Below, one piece after another: positions 31,601 through 40,318 of a DNA stretch of 64,000 nucleotides. The position numbers and the translations under genes were made by a program. Source of the stretch: a virus (taxonomy: Duplodnaviria; Caudoviricetes); the IMG/VR virus record IMGVR_UViG_3300021185_003947; one strand, given 5' to 3'. Position 1 is the first letter of the stretch. Each line of letters begins with the position of its first letter. A model generated the notes under the pieces. It did not search any database. It was not told the DNA's origin and worked only from the letters and a program-made list of their open reading frames with translations.

Positions 31601-34600
31601 TCTTGGAACTACGCCTGCTTTTGGATGCTCTGAGCTATCAATTAGGATTGAGCTTAAGAATAATACATTACCAGAATCTACGGCAAATCTAGTTTGATCA
31701 AATGGATCGATCATATCTCTTTTACCGATAATCACGCCGCCTTCTTCATCATAGTATATTTGTTGATTCGGAGACGTTCCTATTCTATTCCAAGGATCGG
31801 TAATTCTTGATCCAATATAATCATCATTGACAATTCTCATAATATTAGAATCAAAAGATCTTCCAACATAAGGATTAACTAAATTAAAACCTTTTGCTGA
31901 ATCATATGATACTGGATAATATGGACCAAAATAGAATTCAGCAGATTCGCCAGATGTCATGGTTTGTCCAACAGAATCCCAAACAGCTCCACCATATAAT
32001 GTTCGCCAAGCTTCATCGGCCCTGCGCTCTTTATAACCAAATAGCAATCCGCCATTTTGGATTTTACCAATACCACTGTCTAATGTAAATCCAGTTTTAA
32101 ATATAGCACTATCTTCAAATGTAAACTGTGTAGTAGCTTTTGCTGAACCGCTATCCCCTTCACTAGCAATATTTAAATTACCACTTAATAAAATTTGTGG
32201 ATTGCGAAGATTTCTATCACCAATAACAGAAAGAGGACCTTTAACTGTAAGAGATGCATCATTCTTTCTGCTTCTTGTTTTAACTTTAATTTGATCGCCG
32301 ACTGCCAATCTTGTATTAGCTTCTGAATCATAAATGTGTATGAGAGAGTTAGTTACTTCTTCCCATTTCTCTCCACCAGATTCAAGTTCAATATCATTAA
32401 TAAATATTTGTGTTAAACCATTTTTAATATATTCAAGAACATTAGGTGAAGTTGAATTATCAGTATCTTGAAGTCTTAGTCCACTGCGGGACGAGATTGT
32501 AGATGAAGTTAAAAGATGTAAACCTCTATTAATAATGTCAATAGAATGAGTATGTGTCATCGACGGAGTACTGTCATATCCAGGAATAGATTGCTCGCGT
32601 ATTTTAATTTGATTGCCATTGACCCAAGCCCAATCACCGGTAGATATTCCGTTTCCAACAGCGTTTAGCGTTCCTTTTGTTAAAGCGGTAGAATCAAATC
32701 CACTAGTTAATGGGCTAGTAACATCTTTAGGAGTAACTAACATCACACTCATAAAATTTGAGTCTAGTCCAGGCGTTCCACTGATACTAAAGTCTGCTGC
32801 AGATTCACCATAGGGCAGACCTGGGCTTGTCGCAGACGTCAGTATTGAATATAATACAGGATCACCATAAATTATTGAATTAGGATGTGTGATGAAATAG
32901 CTATCAGCTGCATTTACAGTAAAATTAAATATGTATTCTGAATCTACTGTTACCTTAGATCCTTCAATAATACTATGTCCACCAGCGCTAAATCCAGAAT
33001 CAACTCTTACATCACCTCTAACGTATAACTTAGATCCAGGATGATCGATAGGTGCACTATCAGCGCCAATCGCCACGTTAGCATATGAGTTAAACCCAAC
33101 ACCACCAAAATAAAGAGTATGACCATCAGCGGATCTTCTCCAATGTGAACTATCATTAGCATGATGAAGAATATAGTTAGGACTAATAATAGTTTTCATA
33201 TAACCAGAATCAATAACAGAAGAAATAACTGCCGAGTCAATATTCATTCTATTTTTTACATAATCATTAGTAACAATCGTTGCAATATAGTCTTCGGTTG
33301 GCCAAGCAGCTTCGTTTCCAAGATTATTAGTAGTAATAATAGGAGATTTATGATCAATTGCAGCTTGACGTGAAGCCTTGTCTTCTGCTGGCCTAGAAGC
33401 ATAAGCAGCTGGAATATCTATTCTAGCTTTACCATCCATATCAAGCTGGAATTTCCATCTTGCATTCCCAGTTGCATCGACTTCTTCATAATCTGCAGCA
33501 TTGACATCTATATTATTTTTATTAATTACGACTGGATTTGTTCTGCCCGGGCTTTGGTCATTAATAAGCTGATTGCCACCTTTTAATGACCAGAAATTAT
33601 CAATAGAAACTCTTGCTTGAACATATGCAGAATCAAGATGATTTTCTAGAATTGGAATAAGTCCACCAGTTGGTCTTACAACAAAACTGTCAAATGACAT
33701 TCTTTCACCAGTACCAGGATTATCACCAATTGTAAATGTACTACCTGCAATAGATTGTCTAAAATGAACTGAGCCTTCTACAGTAGCGCTATCACCAACA
33801 GTTAATTTACCTAGAACATTTAAATTAGCGCTTGAAGTAGTTTTTTGTTTAGGTATGACATGAATATAATTTGCTGAGGTAGTAACTGGAGTTCCGGTAT
33901 AATCTGCGCTTAAAACTGGAACTGTTAATACATCATCTGTAAATAATTCAAATTTATTAGTATAACCAGCATCTAGTAATCCATCAGCATTTGCATCAGG
34001 TCCAACAAAATATGTATTTCCATTTAGATCTGTAAATGTTCCGCCAGTAATACCTGATAATCTAACACCATCACCTACTGTTAATCCATGAGCTGTTGAT
34101 GTAATTGTTAAATTTGTTCCGGTAGTATCAAATGCCCATGCAGCGCCTGAGACGGGTGCTGCAACTATTACAACTTCATATGATCCGGTCGGTGGGCTTG
34201 GAACAAATATAGTTTCACTTTGAGTATCAAGTGCAGTAGTACATGCTCTATCAGTAAATAACTCAAAATTATTAGCGTCAACTGCCTGAACAAAATATAC
34301 ATTATCAGCAGCAGATGTATAATTAAAGCTACTAGAAGGTCCAGCATTTCCATCAGTGAGACCACTAAATTTAACAGCTAATCCAGATCCAGCCCCACCT
34401 CCACCAGGATGCGTCAATGCAGTACCACCTCCACCGGCTGATCCAAGTAAATGCCCGCCAGCAGGTACGTTTACAACCGCCGCCGCGGCTTTGGAAACAG
34501 AAAATGCTGATGTTTGTACAGAGGGTGGAGTAACCGGGGTAGTTTTTATTACACCAGTAACAACAACTGTTGGAGCAGTTCCGGCAATATAGTCTTTAAT

Positions 34601-37600
34601 ATTAAGACCGCCGATGTGAAGTGTAGCACCACTATCAATATTTACATCACCATGAATATCTAATGTATAATTTCTATTAAAGCCAGAATTATAAATTGTA
34701 GAATTACCATGTGCCACCTGCGCAGTTTTACCAATCATAATATTGGTATTATTTAAACCTTTATTAACAAGAGCGCTATCAAAAAGACTTGATCCAGAAT
34801 CGTTAAAAATTGCTGGCTTCATAATCACAATGCCGTTTTCTAATCCTGTAGGGATAAACGCATTTCCACCTATGAAAGTTGTATTTTTAGCCCCACCGCC
34901 AGTTATTCCACCATATTGTGGATTTACATTATTAACTGAATGTGAATCTTTCCAACCAGCACCAATAATATAATTGTTAGTAAAATTATCATGGAAAACT
35001 TCGTTACTTTCACCAAATATGAAATTTTGATTTCCATTTGTATAAAGAGTATTACTTGTTCCTATTACATAAGATTTATTTGTACTTCTTACTGTAGAAG
35101 CATTTGCTAATCCGAACAAATTATCTCTACCTATAGTATAAAGATCTGTTCCACTATTCATTGAGTCTTGAATATTATTTTGGCCAAGGAATAGATTATT
35201 ATCTGTTAAAATAATATTTTCTTTACCGATAGCAATACTGTTTCTACCTTGTGTAGTGGTAGCAGTGCCTCTAAATACTATATTTCCTTGACTTCTTCTT
35301 TGTCCAACTTTATTTTTTTCGCCAAGAGATATAGAGTTTTTACCTCTAGCATAAGGTTCTTCACCCATACCTATAGAGAAGATTCCTAAATCAGAATTTA
35401 CATGCTCATCAAGTAAAACCTTACCGGCTCTAATAAGTCCAGCTCTTGAACTATACATAAACATATTATTATATGTGTTACCTGGGAAGGTTCCGGCAGA
35501 ATCAAATATAGCAGAATCTGTGGATGCATAAGTTAATAGCGTAGTTCCATCAACTTGGAAATCACCTCTAATATCAAATTCTGTATTAGGAGTCGTTTTT
35601 CCAACACCAACATTCCTTGGTGTTTCCATAAGAATAAATTCTCCATTGTCTTCAAATGGATTGCCGGCGATTGGAGACCCGCCGAGCGGATTTAATTTCA
35701 TTACGTCCCCGCCGTAAAGAATATCACCGCCTACAAATAAATTACCAGCACCTTTAACAGATGGATCAAACATATCAGATTCTCTACCAATCGATACGTT
35801 ACCACCTTGAATAGCTAAAAGATTTTCATCATCAACTTGACCCACAATATTCCGAAGTGTATTAGCCGGATCTTGACCAGCGCCTGGAGTTGCTGTTGAT
35901 GGTCTTAAACTAATATTCATGCTGTTATTAGCAACAACCTTACCGCCGCCACCAATAGCAAACGAGTTAGCTCCCTGAATAACTTGATCATGGCCTATAG
36001 CAAACGATGTATTACCAGAAACTTTATTATTAAAACCAAAAGCAAACGCCAAAGTTCCGCTAACTGAATCTAAAGCACCAAATATAAATGATGATTGTCC
36101 GTCAGCTATATTATCAATACCAATTATATTATTGTTATTGCCACCAAGCGACCTATTTCCTGCACCAATTAACAATGTGCTATTACCAGATGGTAAAGCC
36201 ATATTGTTTTTACCAAACATATAGCTTGCATTTCCAGCAGTAGTATTATTATGGCCAATCAGAACACTATTAATACCAATTGTTGTTGCAAACCCACCAC
36301 TTCGATCTGAGTTTTCAATTCCTATTAATACATTATTCCCACCTTTAACTATATTGCGCTGGCCCATAGCAATTGAATTAGTGGCGCCGGTGTTAACACT
36401 ACTACTATCACCTACAACAAAACTAAAATCACCTTTAGCTTTAACATTTTTGCCAAATGCTACGGAATAAGTACCAATATCGTTCCAGCTGTAATCGTTA
36501 TGATTTGTAAAATAGCCGCCGCGAGTTGCAGCTTTACCCGGAATAAATGAAAACCTTGAACCTTTATCTGAATCTATATCAGCTTCATCATAATTAGCTA
36601 AACCACTATATATAGTTTTTGCATCTAGATGCATTGATATCTCACCTGAAGTTTGGGGAGAATAGCCAGCATCTGTATTAAGTGGACCTTTAACTTGGAA
36701 TGGGCCACCATGTACTTCAAATCGTGCTTTAGATCTAGTAGTTCCTACACCTATTCTACCAAATCCTCCAGATGGATATGTAGCAGTAAAATCTCTTGGC
36801 TCAAAATAAGCATTATCTATATTATCAGATGTAAATAGACCGCCGCCAGTAAACGGAATTCCGTTTTGCATAAGAGAACCGGTGAAGTTAATAGTACCAT
36901 CTTTATGAACTTCAAATAAAGAGCTATCTTCAAGAGACATTGCTCTTATTAGAACTGATACATCTGAATCGTTTGCAGCATTAACACCATCTCCAGGAAA
37001 TCTTCTAATCGATGCCCCGTCTGCTTTTGATATATCACTTTTAAAATAGTTGATAGGTAAAGTAGATTGTAAATAGTGTCTACCCTGTGAGTCTTTTCCA
37101 GCGTGAGAAGCACTTATTTTTAAACCATAAAAATCTCTTGTTTGAGCTGAATCAGGAAAATATACTGAGTTAGCATCAAAATTATTTCTTAATTCAGGTC
37201 TATATTTGTAAGATCCAATTTTTACTCCGGATGCATCGATATTACCAGTTGATTTATGAACAATAAATCTATTCCATCCAGAGTCTTGCGCAACTTGTTT
37301 TGCTGTCATAAGACCATCAAAAGAAGCACCCGCCGCTAAACCGTAATAGAAAGATTGATGTTCGCCAAAATGTAATTCGCCGCCTTGAATTGAGTCGCTT
37401 AATCCTACAGTTAAAAGCGCACCAGGCACTAAAGAGTTAACTCTGAGTTTATCAAACACAGCTGGTGCATATGATATAACTTCACCGGTTGGTAAAATAG
37501 TTAATCCTGTATTTACTCCTTGTGTTGCTCCAATCCGTAATCCATTAGTTGAATCATATAAAAAGTCAGAATCGCCTTGTAAAGAAAAATCAGGTCCTAC

Positions 37601-38938
37601 ATGTGCAACCGCGCCTAATTTTAATGCGCCGCCCGGAACATTTAAATCTAGTTTATCAACTTTTAAATACTCAACAAAAGCAGAATCTGCTTTAAGGTAT
37701 TTGAAATATGCTGAGTCAGCTTGTAAATCTTTATTATAGAAAAGTCTATTTGTTGTCCAATAATTTTCATATTGTGTTCCGGCAGCTCCAGCCTGCCAGG
37801 TAAAAGATGCTCCAACAGGACCGCCTACTGTAATGCCTGCTCCTGATGCAAATGCAGAGTCGGCAGCATTATCAGCCACAACAATGTTTTTATCTACAAT
37901 AGTAACAGTTTCAGATTGAATTGATGTTGTTGTTCCTTGCACATTAAGATTACCAATAATATTAACATCACCCGCAACATCACCAAACGGAAATGGATCA
38001 ATATTAATAGTAGTTGGACCACGATATTCCGGGCTATGTGCAATACCAAAACTATGATATAAAGAATGTCCACTGTCAATTAAAGCCCCGTCAATATGGG
38101 CATAAGTTAAATGAGCAGAATCAACATCAAGTTGGCTAATATCAGCTGAATCTGCTTTAAAATGACTAATATATGCGCTATCAACATCAAGCTGACTGAT
38201 GTAGGCAGAATCACCCTTTAATCTAGAAATAAACGCAGAATCGACATCGAGCTGACTGATGTAGGCAGAATCGCCCTTTAATCTTGAAATATAGGCACTA
38301 TCAACATCTAACTGAGAAATGTATGCGGAATCGCCCTTTAATCTAGAAATAAACGCAGAGTCAACATCTAACTGACTAATATAACCACTATCAACATCAA
38401 GCCTTGAAATATACGCAGAATCGACATCAAGCTGACTAATATATGCTGAGTCTGCAGTTAGCCTTGAAATATATGCAGAGTCCACATCTAAATCAAATAT
38501 GTATGCTGAATCTGCTGTTAATCTAGAAATATAACCCGAGTCAACATCTAATTTCCATATAAACGCTGAGTCTGCAGTTAACCGTTTTAAATGGGCGCTA
38601 TCAACATCTAAATCTTTAATATGAGCTGAGTCTGCGGTTAGTCCATGGACATATAATAGATCAACTGCTTTTTCTGAGTCAAGAAGAAGAAATTTATTTC
38701 CAACTGCAATACCAGGATTTCCTGCTGACTGCAATAGAGACATAAATTTTTCGCCGCCAACTGCAGCTACTCTACTTGCTATTTGTGGAACTGCAGTTGA
38801 GTCAACGGCTGGTCCTACGCCAACATATAATGTTCCGCCTGCAATACTATCATAATATGAATATGCTAATTCACCTAGTGCTAAACTTGACGGTGCAGTT
38901 GCCGTGCCTGATCTTTTAATCTGGATTATAGATGCCAT
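25667..38938 (-). CDS. Giant mosaic tail fibre/adhesin (4423 aa)
   Basis: Phage fibre N-terminus MASIIQIKRS...LGELAY, DS-rich tandem arrays, YadA-like (A/S)IG repeats, four ~80-aa C-terminal repeats, gp34-like terminal domain; late promoter upstream. Confidence 0.85.
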   Translation of the reverse strand: MASIIQIKRSGTATAPSSLALGELAYSYYDSIAGGTLYVGVGPAVDSTAVPQIASRVAAVGGEKFMSLLQSAGNPGIAVGNKFLLLDSEKAVDLLYVHGLTADSAHIKDLDVDSAHLKRLTADSAFIWKLDVDSGYISRLTADSAYIFDLDVDSAYISRLTADSAYISQLDVDSAYISRLDVDSGYISQLDVDSAFISRLKGDSAYISQLDVDSAYISRLKGDSAYISQLDVDSAFISRLKGDSAYISQLDVDSAYISHFKADSADISQLDVDSAHLTYAHIDGALIDSGHSLYHSFGIAHSPEYRGPTTINIDPFPFGDVAGDVNIIGNLNVQGTTTSIQSETVTIVDKNIVVADNAADSAFASGAGITVGGPVGASFTWQAGAAGTQYENYWTTNRLFYNKDLQADSAYFKYLKADSAFVEYLKVDKLDLNVPGGALKLGAVAHVGPDFSLQGDSDFLYDSTNGLRIGATQGVNTGLTILPTGEVISYAPAVFDKLRVNSLVPGALLTVGLSDSIQGGELHFGEHQSFYYGLAAGASFDGLMTAKQVAQDSGWNRFIVHKSTGNIDASGVKIGSYKYRPELRNNFDANSVYFPDSAQTRDFYGLKISASHAGKDSQGRHYLQSTLPINYFKSDISKADGASIRRFPGDGVNAANDSDVSVLIRAMSLEDSSLFEVHKDGTINFTGSLMQNGIPFTGGGLFTSDNIDNAYFEPRDFTATYPSGGFGRIGVGTTRSKARFEVHGGPFQVKGPLNTDAGYSPQTSGEISMHLDAKTIYSGLANYDEADIDSDKGSRFSFIPGKAATRGGYFTNHNDYSWNDIGTYSVAFGKNVKAKGDFSFVVGDSSSVNTGATNSIAMGQRNIVKGGNNVLIGIENSDRSGGFATTIGINSVLIGHNNTTAGNASYMFGKNNMALPSGNSTLLIGAGNRSLGGNNNNIIGIDNIADGQSSFIFGALDSVSGTLAFAFGFNNKVSGNTSFAIGHDQVIQGANSFAIGGGGKVVANNSMNISLRPSTATPGAGQDPANTLRNIVGQVDDENLLAIQGGNVSIGRESDMFDPSVKGAGNLFVGGDILYGGDVMKLNPLGGSPIAGNPFEDNGEFILMETPRNVGVGKTTPNTEFDIRGDFQVDGTTLLTYASTDSAIFDSAGTFPGNTYNNMFMYSSRAGLIRAGKVLLDEHVNSDLGIFSIGMGEEPYARGKNSISLGEKNKVGQRRSQGNIVFRGTATTTQGRNSIAIGKENIILTDNNLFLGQNNIQDSMNSGTDLYTIGRDNLFGLANASTVRSTNKSYVIGTSNTLYTNGNQNFIFGESNEVFHDNFTNNYIIGAGWKDSHSVNNVNPQYGGITGGGAKNTTFIGGNAFIPTGLENGIVIMKPAIFNDSGSSLFDSALVNKGLNNTNIMIGKTAQVAHGNSTIYNSGFNRNYTLDIHGDVNIDSGATLHIGGLNIKDYIAGTAPTVVVTGVIKTTPVTPPSVQTSAFSVSKAAAAVVNVPAGGHLLGSAGGGGTALTHPGGGGAGSGLAVKFSGLTDGNAGPSSSFNYTSAADNVYFVQAVDANNFELFTDRACTTALDTQSETIFVPSPPTGSYEVVIVAAPVSGAAWAFDTTGTNLTITSTAHGLTVGDGVRLSGITGGTFTDLNGNTYFVGPDANADGLLDAGYTNKFELFTDDVLTVPVLSADYTGTPVTTSANYIHVIPKQKTTSSANLNVLGKLTVGDSATVEGSVHFRQSIAGSTFTIGDNPGTGERMSFDSFVVRPTGGLIPILENHLDSAYVQARVSIDNFWSLKGGNQLINDQSPGRTNPVVINKNNIDVNAADYEEVDATGNARWKFQLDMDGKARIDIPAAYASRPAEDKASRQAAIDHKSPIITTNNLGNEAAWPTEDYIATIVTNDYVKNRMNIDSAVISSVIDSGYMKTIISPNYILHHANDSSHWRRSADGHTLYFGGVGFNSYANVAIGADSAPIDHPGSKLYVRGDVRVDSGFSAGGHSIIEGSKVTVDSEYIFNFTVNAADSYFITHPNSIIYGDPVLYSILTSATSPGLPYGESAADFSISGTPGLDSNFMSVMLVTPKDVTSPLTSGFDSTALTKGTLNAVGNGISTGDWAWVNGNQIKIREQSIPGYDSTPSMTHTHSIDIINRGLHLLTSSTISSRSGLRLQDTDNSTSPNVLEYIKNGLTQIFINDIELESGGEKWEEVTNSLIHIYDSEANTRLAVGDQIKVKTRSRKNDASLTVKGPLSVIGDRNLRNPQILLSGNLNIASEGDSGSAKATTQFTFEDSAIFKTGFTLDSGIGKIQNGGLLFGYKERRADEAWRTLYGGAVWDSVGQTMTSGESAEFYFGPYYPVSYDSAKGFNLVNPYVGRSFDSNIMRIVNDDYIGSRITDPWNRIGTSPNQQIYYDEEGGVIIGKRDMIDPFDQTRFAVDSGNVLFLSSILIDSSEHPKAGVVPRTGGGEQLDSGARLMWIPGYAAFRAGWVDGKKATWDSGEVGIFSQGIGANVVATDHSTAIGYNVSAGNVDYAADGHTKQPLHTTRVVSIGHTITNPGQFSVAVGKDITNSNKQNSLSLGIGITNVGAKGTSKTDEGGVAIGKTLETGRGVVIGRDITGDDGNQPSHVNNTAIGSLLVNTRINAVTIGYNLTGGEAGLNIGRDNYPTSAGTAPPKNSILIGQNNTTGVGGIAIGHSSAAGKTAVSMGSGVAASGTTSTAIGIGSKSSANNSVAIGINTDATGKSAISYGVSNRASGNNSTVFGKDNVGSGNGSVTFGVSNTTGKASRVFGGDNTSISESHVFGSVNSGASKNAKIYGDANETVNNAAKVYGNENKNIVYNSEVYGSSNENWYGTRVYGSDNKNLTGRNSSANGGQGNYIFGGQNVQTKGGNIYGTRNNITGFGDAYGKDNIITDFGWAYGDLNTIVNGGHAYGYENAVDGGTSNLAYAFGNKNNVSENGFGFGKENIVSNGGMALGSYAQASGNGAISIGSGVSVTGTNSVAIGSYTSSSVQATVAANNVIALMGGTVGVNKVSPNTAYMVDIDGSINWSGDAYHQGQTLYHYIRNNVANQAWIRFNADAAWVQSHIDPTHYRATMPKSMYFYNDATTGYLCTTAPRVGIKTSSPGYDLDVNGSVNVQSLYWQGDKILDSHQGNQVYLTHQTAQFYIGPDSATEYFDSDYVFERQQNHGFTKGQTYQQAIDQNYIMANLDDTAFLNSDEGIGLVNQILTTNNYMRRELSGVFNGDLPGFKMGIGAIADPNYHLLVSGNAKIQSGNGKAGNLEIGNIGGTSQILLNGVALNTSNILSQELGGYEIDPEATTTRSSILYDRTSPSGNFAIDIGVPALPKIAKDGINIAAGMKYHINGVDIIDGIMDSDFINRRIQKGDLVAAGKLDSDHFKFIINSEYIKSIADSDYVKTVADSDYIRSIADSDYIKTVADSDYIKFIANDVYIKSIADSDYIKSAADSDYIKSIADSDYIKSVADSDYVKSIADSDYIKGIIDSDYVKSIADSDYVKSIADSDYVKSIADSDYIKFVADSDYIKSIADSAHVNLITGIGSRPVDFGSHNITFKSSASNTGALPNAATHTGMVAVTTGDNTARIAKGGNWQGIPLENTNVTFNTIIPGADKLFDLGSSTAAWRDLYLSGSTIHLGGIRIKESNGVFTTTDSLGVALPIDLSGATTKNLAEDSNLYYTDLRVDSNITGKDLDMGANKILYSNVYSALSDLPSAASYHGMFAHVHATGKAYFAHAGSWVDLASGADITTAINNLIDGAPAAMDTLNEFATALGNDANFSTTITALIGEKYDSVGVRTLVDSAYVQARVVPQGIDSSAVSGMIDSAYVLARSSAGVTTLGALTDVNAPSPTNGQALVYNTATSKWIPGAASSAGGSADSATIIALIDSDYIQARQTSSGGAAVSSEYSNFRFTATANQTTFSGTDVAGNTLAVTATGIQVYLNGIHLLKDIDYTVSGTTGVVLTTGANVGDDLVITNISTGTGANYILAGKTNFKDYKFRATAGQTAFTGNDLNSQSLSITDSNHQVYLNGIRLNRVEDYNVNSSTNTVTLTLGAADSDDVVIQTLTRSTTGNIITLAQDVHTTPPTEGQILIWDNSNKYWAPGVLPAGTDSAAVTGMIDSAYVAARSSGGTATTGVSFANYYFEADSGQTVFSGNDKNGLPLAIDTDNYQVFNNGIRLISAVDYTVNAAANSITLNGFTADSGDDLVINTLLQTTSHIMVGDTFINTFKFIATNGQTAFTGADANSKTLGIDSSNFSVFQNGIKLMDSDDFTSNPITNTITLTSGASASDEITITAIENKAGNVTVNEQALQGLVDSAYVAARVNLPAAWAEITTTPITAVAGQRLIIDTSTTKTVNLPVAASLGDEIRIIDGTGQAATNAITIGRNGHKIEGGDSDLTIDVNRAAFGLVYYNVANGWLFIEK
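26048..27229 (-). repeat. Four ~80-aa beta-rich repeats within the giant fibre
   Basis: Consensus F.AT..QT.F.G.D...L....QV..NGI.L....DY.V......L...A...DD..I. Confidence 0.85.
28328..28759 (-). repeat. Coding tandem repeat, 16 x 27 bp (IADSDYIKS)
   Basis: Read directly from the translation; in frame, with synonymous variation. Confidence 0.95.
38099..38638 (-). repeat. Coding tandem repeat, 18 x 30 bp (xxDSAYISxL)
   Basis: Residues 101-280; units mostly alternate DVDSA and TADSA/KGDSA. Confidence 0.95.
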
Positions 38939-38977
38939 GAAATAAACAACCTATCTAAATGCTTTATTATTTAATCT

Positions 38978-38985
38978 TATTTATA
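38978..38985 (-). promoter_or_regulatory. T4 late promoter TATAAATA
   Basis: Exact consensus upstream of the giant fibre gene. Confidence 0.85.
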
Positions 38986-38990
38986 TGATT

Positions 38991-39227
38991 TTAGAAGGTA
39001 TCTCCACCATCTATTATTTGTGCCTTTAAGTGGCTTGTAGCTGTCCATTTTTCGGTTACACCATCAAATGCAATCATTGTTCCTTCTGGTATTTGACCAG
39101 CTGCAATAGCAGTATCACTTACATCTCTAAGACTATTTCTAATTCTAATTTCTTTAATTGCCGGAATTGGAGTTCCAACTTTAATATTTTTAACGATTGT
39201 ACGATTTGATGTTATTTTAATTGCCAT
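38991..39227 (-). CDS. Small hypothetical protein in the tail region
   Basis: 78-aa ORF ending IIDGGDTF; AGGA RBS. Confidence 0.7.
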   Translation of the reverse strand: MAIKITSNRTIVKNIKVGTPIPAIKEIRIRNSLRDVSDTAIAAGQIPEGTMIAFDGVTEKWTATSHLKAQIIDGGDTF

Positions 39228-39236
39228 ATCGTTATC

Positions 39237-39626
39237 CTATGTTGTTACTTGAGGAGAAAGTGTTAATTTTCCTTCTAGTATTCTTTCAACTACACCTAAT
39301 CCTGTATTACTATCTGTTCCTTCTAACTCAACATCATACACGTATCTACCAGCTTTCATACGGGTTGTTTGTGCATTTGTTAATGATAGTTGTAAAATAT
39401 TTTCTTGATTAAGTGGGTTAAATGCTGTAACGTTAAATAATTCAGCTGAATCTGTAGAATTATAGCTTTTTTTAATCTTACCTCTCATAAGATAATATGA
39501 TCCAAACGAACCAGCATCTGAATCCCAATTGATTAAAAGTTTCCTACTTCCATCAGGATTAAATAATTCAAGTTGGATAGTAACGTCTGATCCTTGGTCG
39601 ATTGTTAAGTCTTCGTAGTGTGCCAT
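39237..39626 (-). CDS. Small beta-sandwich-like structural protein
   Basis: LTIDQGSD...GRYVYDVEL...RILEG pattern typical of fibre-adjacent proteins in T4-like phages; second Met chosen because of the GAGG RBS. Confidence 0.65.
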   Translation of the reverse strand: MAHYEDLTIDQGSDVTIQLELFNPDGSRKLLINWDSDAGSFGSYYLMRGKIKKSYNSTDSAELFNVTAFNPLNQENILQLSLTNAQTTRMKAGRYVYDVELEGTDSNTGLGVVERILEGKLTLSPQVTT

Positions 39627-39650
39627 ACCCACCTCTTATCTATTTTACTG

Positions 39651-39658
39651 TATTTATA
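39651..39658 (-). promoter_or_regulatory. T4 late promoter TATAAATA (second copy at 39704-39711)
   Basis: Two exact consensus copies in the divergent intergenic region. Confidence 0.8.
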
Positions 39659-39743
39659 ATGCTTTACACATGTAGGTGCAAGCAGAATAATGATCTATTC
39701 TGCTATTTATATATTTTTATTTTCAAAAAGTTGAAAATAGTCC

Positions 39744-39772
39744 TTTACAATCGCTCAAAAATGTGTTATAAA
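39744..39772 (+). promoter_or_regulatory. sigma70-type early promoter TTTACA-N17-TATAAA with TG extended -10
   Basis: -35 at 39744-39749, -10 at 39767-39772; AAGGAG RBS follows. Confidence 0.85.
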
Positions 39773-39796
39773 GGTATTAACAAAGGAGACTACCAA

Positions 39797-40318
39797 ATGG
39801 AACAGATCATTTCAAACTTAGAAAATGTCTTTACCGATCTCGATAAAAAATTCACCGAAGGGCAAATCGAATGGGCCTTAGGACGGAAAGTAGCTCTTAA
39901 AGAATGGCGGATGGATAACATCCTCGGACATCATTATGGTGCAAAAGTAAATAAAGGTTACAAAAATTGGGGTAGAGATAGCTGGGGTTTCTACGAAGAA
40001 ATGTTTCGGATTTGCGGCGGTAAAGGTCACTATAACACAATCACTCAAAATAACAATGCAGGAATTACTCAGATATTTGAAAAGAACTGCAAAAAAACAA
40101 TTGAAGCAAGAAATGCTAAAGTAGCTAAAAAGCTGGAAAAATTCGGTATCACAGAAGTTAAAGACTCAAATATTTCTAAAACCTCAGATGGTTTTCACGG
40201 CGTCTTTAATGTAGAAACAGACAAAGGAAACAAGCGGATTGAAATCGATACAATCTTAGCTGGCGGATATAACATCCAATGTCTTCACCTTCGTACTCTA
40301 GTAAAAATGAAGAAATGA
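39797..40318 (+). CDS. Hypothetical early protein (173 aa), the only supported + strand gene
   Basis: AAGGAG RBS before the ATG at 39797, own promoter and terminator; C-terminal AGGYNIQCLHLR motif. Confidence 0.85.
   Translation: MEQIISNLENVFTDLDKKFTEGQIEWALGRKVALKEWRMDNILGHHYGAKVNKGYKNWGRDSWGFYEEMFRICGGKGHYNTITQNNNAGITQIFEKNCKKTIEARNAKVAKKLEKFGITEVKDSNISKTSDGFHGVFNVETDKGNKRIEIDTILAGGYNIQCLHLRTLVKMKK

Noticed and set aside
38099-38638. Regular 30-bp DNA repeats resembling a CRISPR array
   Set aside because: No unique spacers; units are in frame inside the giant fibre ORF and vary mainly at synonymous positions; no cas genes in the window.
39602-39796. N-terminal 65 codons of the + strand 238-aa ORF in the track
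   Set aside because: The region overlaps the opposite gene start and the promoters; the AAGGAG RBS and promoter support the ATG at 39797.
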